Assembly (NCBI GenBank): GCA_002189035.1
Contig: NEEC01000301.1
Span: 1-31,001 of the forward strand
Reading direction: 5' to 3'
Length of the DNA stretch: 31,001 bases
DNA from: Utricularia gibba
Lineage: Eukaryota > Plantae > Magnoliophyta
The translations under genes and the position numbers were made by a program. Of this stretch, positions 1 through 9,300 are shown piece by piece (the stretch's first letter is position 1; every line of letters begins with the position of its first letter). Under the pieces are notes generated by a model. That model was not told the origin of the DNA, searched no databases, and worked only from the letters and a program-made list of their open reading frames with translations.

Positions 1-1162
1 TCAGCTTAGGCTTGGGCCGAAAGTAAGTTGAAGCCCGGCAAAAAAGTGATGTATTTATTAACGTTCGGTTTTCGGGGTTGCCTACATGGTTTTTTCAAGG
101 AACAGCTTCTCGTTTTGTGGTGGCCAGTCTCACTAGGAACTTGGTCCGGGCCGCTGATTCTTTATGGCTCATGAGGACAAAAGGATGCAAATCGATGAAT
201 ACAATGATGCATTTGTTTAAATTACGATATCACGTGCACCCCACATCATTTTTTCAACAACGTACTTTATACTTGAAGAGGCGGTCTTGGGTGCACCTAG
301 AACGGGACAAAGGTCAGGTTGGGCTTTGCCAGAGAGTTAGTTGTAGCCCGGCAATGAAAGTGATGTATTTATTAACGTTTGGTTTTCGGGGTTGCCTACA
401 TGGTTTTCAAGGAAAAGCTTCTCGTTTTGTGGCGGCTGCTCTCGCTGGGAACTTGGTCCGGGCCCCCGATTCTATATGGCTCATGAGGTCAACCAGATGC
501 AAATCGATGAATATAATGATGCATTTGTTTTAAATTACGATATCACGTGCACCCTACATCATTTTTTCAACAACTTACTTTATACTTGAGCAGGTGGTCT
601 TGGGGGGCAAGAGGAACAGGACAAAGGTCAGCATAGGCTTTGGCCGAAAGTAAGTTGTAGCCCGGCAAAGAAAGTGATGTATGTATTAACGTTCGGTTTT
701 CGGGTTGCTTACATGGTTTTTCAAGGAACAGCTTCTCCTTTAGTGGCGGCCAGTCTCGCTAGGAACTTGGTCCGGGCCCCTGACTCTTTATGGCTCATGA
801 GGAGAAAAGGATGCAAATCCATGAATACAATGATGCATTTGTTTAAATTACGATATCACGTGCACCCTACATCATTTTTTCAACAACTACTTTATACTTG
901 AGGAGGTGGTCTTGGGGGGCAAGAGGAACCGGACAAAGGTCAGCTTAGGCTTGGGCCGAAAGTAAGTTGTAGCCCGGCAAAGAAAGTGATGTATTTATTA
1001 ACGTTCGGTTTTCGGAAGCTGCCTAAATGCTTTTTGAAAGAACATCTTCTCGTTTTATGGCGGCCAGTCTCGCTGGGAACTTGGTCCTTGACCCTGGTTC
1101 TGTATGGCTCATGGGGTGATGAAAAAAAATGATGCATTTGTTTAAATTACGGTATCACGTGC
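1..1162. repeat. Tandem satellite, ~314-bp monomer, block 1 (about 3.7 monomers)
   Basis: The landmark AAAGTGATGTAT recurs at 46, 360, 674 and 986 (steps of 314, 314, 312 bp). The satellite stops at ...ATCACGTGC (1162). Confidence 0.98.
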
Positions 1163-1898
1163 CCTGGTTATATTCATATTGTGCATTTTGGTGAGGAGAG
1201 CAGATTCACCATAAGTTTTCTCAACTTCATTACCATCTCTTAGTTCCAATCTCTTTTCTGTAGATTGCAACTCAATCATGAACTCTCTAAATGTTGGCTC
1301 TGGTGTAACAGGATATTCAGGATACAGCTGATGGAGCTTTCCTTTCAATAATGTCAAGGATTTTTCTTTCTGTCTCAAGTGCACATAACTTTGGCTCGAA
1401 TCTTGCAGGTAGGCTCATGATTGCCTTGCTAATCACCTTTTGATCCTCAAGTTTTTCCCCCAATCCTCGAATCTCCTTCACAAGCTTCGCAGTACGTTCA
1501 TAATAGACTTGTATGGTTTCATTGTCTAACATTTTGTTCCTCTCAAAGTCCTCCAGCTTGTTTTTGCATAATATCTCTCTGAGTTTGGCATCGCCTTCAT
1601 AATGGGATTTGAGAGTATCCCATATTTCTTTTGCTGATTGACACTCTGCAATATCATCAAATAGATGTTCAGAGATGGCTTGATACAAGGCATCCATTGC
1701 TTCATCTTTTCTCTGTTGAAGATACTCAGCTTCCTCTTGCTGTTCTGATGTGGATTTGCTTGTTATTGTAATAGCCGGAATCTCCCTTTCAACAACATCC
1801 CAAATCTTTCTGACCCGAAGGTAGCTGCGCATCTTTTTGACCCAGCTTCCATACTCTGAACCATCAAATATTGGAGGTCCTCTACCAGATGCCATCAT
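1142..1898 (-). pseudogene. gag: Copia gag fragment, copy 1, frameshifted by +1
   Basis: Split into ORF-track frames 1317..1904 and 1142..1384. CCTTTCAAT at 1341-1349 has one more T than CCTTCAAT in copies 2 and 3. This may be a consensus error. Confidence 0.8.
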
Positions 1899-2004
1899 AG
1901 CCACCGCTTGACAAGCTTTGGGTTGATACTTGGTAATCTACCAAGTAAAAAACGCTGAACGGTATATAAAATACTGAAACGAACACAGGTTTGAGAACCT
2001 TACT

Positions 2005-2016
2005 GCTCTGATACCA
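2005..2016 (-). other. Primer-binding site for tRNA-iMet, copy 1
   Basis: Plus-strand GCTCTGATACCA is minus-strand TGGTATCAGAGC, directly adjacent to the CA end of the LTR. This is the canonical plant copia iMet PBS. Confidence 0.95.
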
Positions 2017-2336
2017 TGTTGTTGCAAGAAAAATAGAGTCTTGGGAAGTAACAAAAGGTATGCTTATGAGATCACCTTGGATGAAAAACGACTCATGAAC
2101 AATAAGAATGACCGAAAACCTAATTGACACGCATTTCTAGTAGGGCTATATATACCAAATACCTAGGTTACCCAACAGGGCCACAATCATTGAAAACACA
2201 CAAAAAGCCCAACAACTCGAATCCAACACTTCCATGCTCGAACCCAACACCTTTTTTTATCTGAAATATGACATTATGACACAAGTTTAGTTCTTCCAAT
2301 CACCTTCAAGCTTTGGATTGAGGCTGATCTCCAACA
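2017..2336 (-). repeat. LTR, copy 1 (320 bp)
   Basis: TGTTG...CAACA terminal inverted repeats, bounded by the PBS and by satellite. It is 5 bases shorter than copies 2 and 3 through small deletions. Confidence 0.9.
2147..2154 (-). promoter_or_regulatory. Putative LTR TATA box, copy 1
   Basis: Minus strand GGTATATATAGCCC in the middle of the LTR, in the usual position upstream of R/U5. Confidence 0.55.
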
Positions 2337-5216
2337 CTTGGTCCGGGCCCCTGATTCTTTATGGCTCATGAGGACAAAAGGATGCAAATCGATGAATACA
2401 ATGATGCAATTGTTTAAATTACGATATCACGTGCACCCTACATGATTTTTTCAACAACTTACTTTATACTTGAGGAGGTGGTCTTGGGGGCAAGAGGAAC
2501 CGGACAAAGGTCAGCTTATGCTTGGGTCGAAAGTAAGTTGTAGCCTGACAAAGAAAGTGATCTATTTATTAACGTTCGGTTTTCGGGGCTACCTACATGG
2601 TTTTTCAAGGAACGCTTCTCGTTTTGTGGCGGCCAGTCTCGCTGGAACTTGGTCTTTACCCCGATTCTGTATGGCTCATGAGGTCAACCGAATGCAAATC
2701 GATTAAAAAAAATGATGCATTTGTTTAAATTGCGATATGACGTGCACCCCACATGATTTTTTCAACAACTTACTTTATACTTGAGGAGGCGGTCTTGGGG
2801 TACAGCTGGAACGGGACAAAGGTAAGGTTTGGCTTGCGCCGAGAGTTAGTTGTAGCCCGACAAATAAAGTGATAATTTGATATCGTTCGGTTTTCGGGGC
2901 TACCTACATGGTTTTTCAAGGAACGCTTCTCGTTTTGTGGCGGCCAGTCTCGCTGGGAACTTGGTCCTTGACCCCGATTCTGTATGGCTCATGAGGTCAA
3001 CCGATGCAAATCGATTAAAAAAGTGATGCATTTGTTTAAATTGCGATATCACGTGCACCCCACATGATTTTTTCAACAACTTACTTTATACTTGAGGAGG
3101 CGATCTTGGGTGCACCTGAACGGACAAAGGTAAGGTTTGGCTTGCGCCGAGAGTTAGTTGTAGCCCGACAAATAAAGTGATGTATTTATTATCGTTCGGT
3201 TTTCGGGGGCTGCCTACATGGTTTTTCAAGGAACCGCTTCTCGTTTTGTGGCGGCCAGTCTCGCTGGGAACTTGGTCCTTGACCCCGATTCTGTATGGCT
3301 CATGAGGTCAACCGGATGCAAATCGAAAAAAAAATGATGCATTTGTTTAAATTACGATATCACGTGCACCCCACATGATTTTTTCGACAACTTACTTTAT
3401 ACATGGGAGGCGGTCTTGGGGGGTACCTGGAACGGAAAAGGTCAGCTTAGGCTTGGGCCGATAGTAAGTTGTAGCCCGGCAAAGAAAGTGATGTATTTAT
3501 TATCGTTCGGTTTTTGGGGGCTGCCTACATGGTTTTTCAAGGAACATCTTCTCTTTTTGTGGCGGCCGCTCTCGCTGGGAACTTGGTCCGGGCCCTGATT
3601 CTCTTTGGCTCATGAGGACAAAAGGATGCAAATCGATGAATACAATGATGCATTTGTTTAATTACGATATCACGTGCACCCCACATGATTTTTTCAACAA
3701 CTTACTTTATACTTGAGGAGGTGGTCTTGGGGGCAAGAGGAACCAGACAACGGTCATATTAGGCTTGGGCCGAAAGTAAGTTGTAGCCCGGCAAAAAGTG
3801 ATGTATTTATTAACGTTCGGTTTTCAGGGTTCCCTACATGGTTTTCCAAGGAAAAGCTTTTCGTTTTGTGGCGGCCGCTCTCGCTGGGACTTGGTCCGGG
3901 CCCCTAATTCTTTATGGCTCATGAGGACAAAAGGATGCAAATCGATGAAATAATGATGCATTTGTTTAAATTACGATGTCGCGTGCACCCCAAATGATTT
4001 TTTAACAACATACTTTATACATGAGGAGGCGGTCTTGGGGGGCACTTGGAACCGGAAAAAGATCAGCTTAGGCTTGGGCCGAAAGTAAGTTGTAGCCCGG
4101 CAAAGAAAGTGATGTATTTATTAACGTTCGGTTTTCGGGGTTGCCTACATGGTTTTCAAGGAACAGCTTCTCGTTTTGTGGTGGCCAGTCTCACTAGGAA
4201 CTTGGTCCGGGCCGCTGATTCTTTATGGCTCATGAGGACAAAAGGATGCAAATCGATGAATACAATGATGCATTTGTTTAAATTACGATATCACGTGCAC
4301 CCACATCATTTTTTCAACAACGTACTTTATACTTGAAGAGGCGGTCTTGGGGTGCACCTAGAACGGGACAAAGGTCAGGTTGGGCTTTGCCAGAGAGTTA
4401 GTTGTAGCCCGCAATGAAAGTGATGTATTTATTAACGTTTGGTTTTCGGGGTTGCCTACATGGTTTTTCAAGGAAAAGCTTCTCGTTTTGTGGCGGCTGC
4501 TCTCGCTGGGAACTTGGTCCGGGCCCCGATTCTATATGGCTCATGAGGTCAACCAGATGCAAATCGATGAATATAATGATGCATTTGTTTAAATTACGAT
4601 ATCACGTGCACCCTACATCATTTTTTCAACAACTTACTTTATACTTGAGCAGGTGGTCTTGGGGGCAAGAACAGGACAAGGTCAGCATAGGCTTTGGCCG
4701 AAAGTAAGTTGTAGCCCGGCAAAGAAAGTGATGTATGTATTAACGTTCGGTTTTCGGGGTTGCTTACATGGTTTTTCAAGGAACAGCTTCTCCTTTAGTG
4801 GCGGCCAGTCTCGCTAGGAACTTGGTCCGGGCCCCTGACTCTTTATGGCTCATGAGGAGAAAAGGATGCAAATCCATGAATACAATGATGCATTTGTTTA
4901 AATTACGATATCACGTGCACCCTACATCATTTTTTCAACAACGTACTTTATACTTGAGGAGGTGGTCTTGGGGGCAAGAGGAACCGGACAAAGGTCAGCT
5001 TAGGCTTGGGCCGAAAGTAAGTTGTAGCCCGGCAAAGAAAGTGATGTATTTATTAACGTTCGGTTTTCGGAAGCTGCCTAAATGCTTTTTGAAAGAACAT
5101 CTTCTCGTTTTATGGCGGCCAGTCTCGCTGGGAACTTGGTCCTTGACCCTGGTTCTGTATGGCTCATGGGTGATGAAAAAAAATGATGCATTTGTTTAAA
5201 TTACGGTATCACGTGC
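2337..5216. repeat. Tandem satellite, block 2 (about 9.3 monomers)
   Basis: AAAGTGAT landmarks at 2557, 2869, 3177, 3488, 3798, 4109, 4420, 4728 and 5041. Confidence 0.98.
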
Positions 5217-5951
5217 CCTGGTTATATTCATATTGTGCATTTTGGTGAGGAGAGCAGATTCACCATAAGTTTTCTCAACTTCATTACCATCTCTTAGTTC
5301 CAATCTCTTTTCTGTAGATTGCAACTCAATCATGAACTCTCTAAATGTTGGCTCTGGTGTAACAGGATATTCAGGATACAGCTGATGGAGCTTTCCTTCA
5401 ATAATGTCAAGGATTTTTCTTTCTGTCTCAAGTGCACATAACTTTGGCTCGAATCTTGCAGGTAGGCTCATGATTGCCTTGCTAATCACCTTTTGATCCT
5501 CAAGTTTTTCCCCCAATCCTCGAATCTCCTTCACAAGCTTCGCAGTACGTTCATAATAGACTTGTATGGTTTCATTGTCTAACATTTTGTTCCTCTCAAA
5601 GTCCTCCAGCTTGTTTTTGCATAATATCTCTCTGAGTTTGGCATCGCCTTCATAATGGGATTTGAGAGTATCCCATATTTCTTTTGCTGATTGACACTCT
5701 GCAATATCATCAAATAGATGTTCAGAGATGGCTTGATACAAGGCATCCATTGCTTCATCTTTTCTCTGTTGAAGATACTCAGCTTCCTCTTGCTGTTCTG
5801 ATGTGGATTTGCTTGTTATTGTAATAGCCGGAATCTCCCTTTCAACAACATCCCAAATCTTTCTGACCCGAAGGTAGCTGCGCATCTTTTTGACCCAGCT
5901 TCCATACTCTGAACCATCAAATATTGGAGGTCCTCTACCAGATGCCATCAT
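5196..5951 (-). CDS. gag: C-terminally truncated copia Gag, 251 aa from the first ATG, capsid-type region only
   Basis: N-terminal PPIFDGSEYGSWVKKMRSYL...IWDVVE resembles the DUF4219 motif. DEAMDALYQAISE...SAKEIWDTLKSHYEG and MLDNETIQVYYER...KVISKAIMSLPARF resemble the Retrotran_gag_2/UBN2 region of copia Gag. There is no CX2CX4HX4C knuckle. The ORF track starts 2 codons earlier at a GTG. The last residues (ARDTVI) and the TAA come from satellite sequence. Confidence 0.88.
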   Translation of the reverse strand: MMASGRGPPIFDGSEYGSWVKKMRSYLRVRKIWDVVEREIPAITITSKSTSEQQEEAEYLQQRKDEAMDALYQAISEHLFDDIAECQSAKEIWDTLKSHYEGDAKLREILCKNKLEDFERNKMLDNETIQVYYERTAKLVKEIRGLGEKLEDQKVISKAIMSLPARFEPKLCALETERKILDIIEGKLHQLYPEYPVTPEPTFREFMIELQSTEKRLELRDGNEVEKTYGESALLTKMHNMNITRARDTVI

Positions 5952-6057
5952 AGCCACCGCTTGACAAGCTTTGGGTTGATACTTGGTAATCTACCAAGTA
6001 AAAAACGCTGAACGGTATATAAAATACTGAAACGAACACAGGTTTGAGAACCTTACT

Positions 6058-6069
6058 GCTCTGATACCA
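6058..6069 (-). other. Primer-binding site for tRNA-iMet, copy 2
   Basis: Minus-strand TGGTATCAGAGC immediately after the LTR end. Confidence 0.95.
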
Positions 6070-6394
6070 TGTTGTTGCAAGAAAAATAGAGTCTTGGGAA
6101 GTAACAAAAAGGTAATGCTTATGAGATCACCTTGGATGAAAAACGACTCATGAACAATAAGAATGACCGAAAACCTAATTGACACGCATTTCTAGTAGGG
6201 CTTATATATACCAAATACCTAGGTTACCCAACAGTGGGCCACAATCATTGAAAACACACAAAAAGCCCAACAACTCGAATCCAACACTTCCATGCTCGAA
6301 CCCAACACCTTTTTTTATCTGAAATATGACATTATGACACAAGTTTAGTTCTTCCAATCACCTTCAAGCTTTGGATTGAGGCTGATCTCCAACA
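6070..6394 (-). repeat. LTR, copy 2 (325 bp)
   Basis: TGTTGGAGATC...CTTGCAACAACA with TGTTG/CAACA inverted termini. Confidence 0.92.
6202..6210 (-). promoter_or_regulatory. Putative LTR TATA box, copy 2
   Basis: Minus strand GGTATATATAAGCCC, oriented towards the PBS and gag. Confidence 0.6.
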
Positions 6395-9300
6395 CTTGGT
6401 CCGGGCCCCTGATTCTTTATGGCTCATGAGGACAAAAGGATGCAAATCGATGAATACAATGATGCAATTGTTTAAATTACGATATCACGTGCACCCTACA
6501 TGATTTTTTCAACAACTTACTTTATACTTGAGGAGGTGGTCTTGGGGGGCAAGAGGAACCGGACAAAGGTCAGCTTATGCTTGGGTCGAAAGTAAGTTGT
6601 AGCCTGACAAAGAAAGTGATCTATTTATTAACGTTCGGTTTTCGGGGCTACCTACATGGTTTTTCAAGGAACCGCTTCTCGTTTTGTGGCGGCCAGTCTC
6701 GCTGGGAACTTGGTCCTTTACCCCGATTCTGTATGGCTCATGAGGTCAACCGAATGCAAATCGATTAAAAAAAATGATGCATTTGTTTAAATTGCGATAT
6801 GACGTGCACCCCACATGATTTTTTCAACAACTTACTTTATACTTGAGGAGGCGGTCTTGGGTGCACCTGGAACGGGACAAAGGTAAGGTTTGGCTTGCGC
6901 CGAGAGTTAGTTGTAGCCCGACAAATAAAGTGATAAATTTGATATCGTTCGGTTTTCAGGGGCTACCTACATGGTTTTTCAAGGAACCGCTTCTCGTTTT
7001 GTGGCGGCCAGTCTCGCTGGGAACTTGGTCCTTGACCCCGATTCTGTATGGCTCATGAGGTCAACCGGATGCAAATCGATTAAAAAAATGATGCATTTGT
7101 TTAAATTGCGATATGACGTGCACCCCACATGATTTTTTCAACAACTTACTTTATACTTGAGGAGGCGGTCTTGGGTGCACCTGGAACGGGACAAAGGTAA
7201 GGTTTGGCTTGGCCGAGAGTTAGTTGTAGCCCGACAAATAAAGTGATGTATTTATTATCGTTCGGTTTTCGGGGGCTGCCTACATGGTTTTTCAAGGAAC
7301 CGCTTCTCGTTTTGTGGCGGCCAGTCTCGCTGGGAACTTGGTCCTTGACCCCGATTCTGTATGGCTCATGGGGTCAACCGGATGCAAATCGAAGAAAAAA
7401 AATGATGCATTTGTTTAAATTACGATATCACGTGCACCCACATGATTTTTTCAACAACTTACTTTATACATGGGGAGGCGGTCTTGGGGGTACCTGGAAC
7501 GGAAAATGGTCAGCTTGGCTTGGCCGATAGTAAGTTGTAGCCCGGCAAAAAAGTGATGTATTTATTATCGTTCGGTTTTCGGGGGCTGCCTACATGGTTT
7601 TTCAAGGAACATCTTCTCTTTTTGTGGCGGCCAGTCTCGCTGGGAACTTGGTCCGGCCCCGATTCTTTGGCTCATGAGGTCAAAAGGATGCAAATCGATG
7701 AAAAAATGATGCATTTGTTTAATTACGATATCACGTGCACCCCACATGATTTTTTCAACAACTTACTTTATACTTGAGGAGGCGGTCTTGGGGCAAGAGG
7801 AACCAGACAAGGTCATTTAGGCTTGGGCCGAAAGTAAGTTGTAGCCCGGCAAAGAAAGTGATGTATTTATTAACGTTCGGTTTTCGGGTTCCTACATGGT
7901 TTTCAAGGAAAAGCTTTTCGTTTTGTGGCGGCCGCTCTCGCTGGGAACTTGGTCCGGGCCCCGATTCTTTATGGCTCATGAGGTCAAAAGGATGCAAATC
8001 GATGAAAAAATGATGCATTTGTTTAAATTACGATGTCGCGTGCACCCCAAATGATTTTTTTAACAACTTACTTTATACTTGAGGAGGCGGTCTTGGGGGG
8101 CACTTGGAACCGGAAAAAGTCAGCTTAGGCTTGGGCCGAAAGTAAGTTGTAGCCCGGCAAAGAAAGTGATGTATTTATTACGTTCGGTTTTCGGGGTTGC
8201 CTACATGGTTTTTCAAGGAACAGCTTCTCGTTTTGTGGGCCAGTCTCGCTGGAACTTGGTCCGGGCCCTGATTCTTTATGGCTCATGAGGACAAAAGGAT
8301 GCAAATCGATGAAAAAATGATGCATTTGTTTAAATTACGATATCACGTGCACCCCACATGATTTTTTCAACAACTTACTTTATACTTGAGAGGCGGTCTT
8401 GGGGTGCACCTAGAACGGGACAAAGGTCAGGTTGGGCTTGCCGAGAGTTAGTTGTAGCCCGGCAAAGAAAGTGATGTATTTATTATCGTTCGGTTTTCGG
8501 GGTTGCCTACATGGTTTTTCAAGGAAAGCTTCTCGTTTTGTGGCGGCTGCTCTCGCTGGGAACTTGGTCCGGGCCCCGATTCTTATGGCTCATGAGGTCA
8601 ACCAGATGCAAATCGATGAATAAAATGATGCATTTGTTTAAATTACGATATCACGTGCACCCTACATCATTTTTTCAACAACTTACTTTATACTTGAGCA
8701 GGTGGTCTTGGGGGCAAGAGGAACAGGACAAAGGTCAGCATAGGCTTGGCCGAAAGTAAGTTGTAGCCCGGCAAAGAAAGTGATGTATTTATTAACGTTC
8801 GGTTTTCGGGGTTGCTACATGGTTTTTCAAGGAACAGCTTCTCTTTGTGGCGGCCAGTCTCGCTGGAACTTGGTCCGGGCCCCTGATTCTTTATGGCTCA
8901 TGAGGAGAAAAGGATGCAAATCTGAATACAATGATGCATTTGTTTAAATTACGATATCACGTGCACCCTACATGATTTTTTCAACAACTACTTTATACTT
9001 GAGGAGGGTCTTGGGGGGCAAGGAACCGGAAAAGGTCAGCTTAGGCTTGGGCCGAAAGTAAGTTGTAGCCCGGCAAAGAAAGTGATGTATTTATTAACGT
9101 TCGGTTTTCGGGGTTGCCTACATGGTTTTTCAAGGAACAGCTTCTCGTTTTGTGGTGGCCAGTCTCACTAGGAACTTGGTCCGGGCCCTGATTCTTTATG
9201 GCTCATGAGGACAAAAGGATGCAAATCGATGAATACAATGATGCATTTGTTTAAATTACGATATCACGTGCACCCCACATCATTTTTTCAACAATACTTT

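Larger units (their letters stand above)
1163..2336 (-). mobile_element. Truncated Ty1/copia LTR retrotransposon, copy 1 (5' LTR + PBS + leader + partial gag; pol and 3' LTR absent)
   Basis: Minus strand reads TGTTGGAG...GCAACAACA, then TGGTATCAGAGC, then a copia-type gag reading frame that runs directly into satellite. The left junction is ambiguous by about 4 bp. Confidence 0.95.
5217..6394 (-). mobile_element. Truncated Ty1/copia LTR retrotransposon, copy 2 (1178 bp)
   Basis: Same structure and same two junctions as copy 1 (CACGTGC|CCTGGTTATA on the left, CTCCAACA|CTTGGTCC on the right). Offset from copy 1 is 4054 bp at the left junction. Confidence 0.96.

Noticed and set aside
61-125. 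CENP-B box-like motifs (TTCGGTTTTCGGG, TTCGTTTTGTGGCGG)
   Set aside because: The spacing does not fit TTCG-N4-A-N2-CGGG, and a CENP-B box system is not established in plants.
1882-2130. Minus-strand ORF MSIRFSVILIVHESFF... (also 5991-6185 and 10959-11153)
   Set aside because: It runs across the LTR, PBS and leader, begins at a non-ATG codon and differs in frame between copies. It is incidental.
2337-2360. Polypurine tract before the downstream LTR
   Set aside because: The minus-strand sequence AAGAATCAGGGGCCCGGACCAAG is ordinary satellite and is not a contiguous purine run adjacent to the LTR.
6274-6370. Heat-shock elements in the LTR
   Set aside because: GAA/TTC triplets are present but not in the alternating 5-bp nGAAn arrangement.
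6070-6394. Satellite derived from this LTR (325 bp versus a ~315-bp monomer)
   Set aside because: Only the lengths are similar. I see no sequence similarity between the LTR and the monomer.
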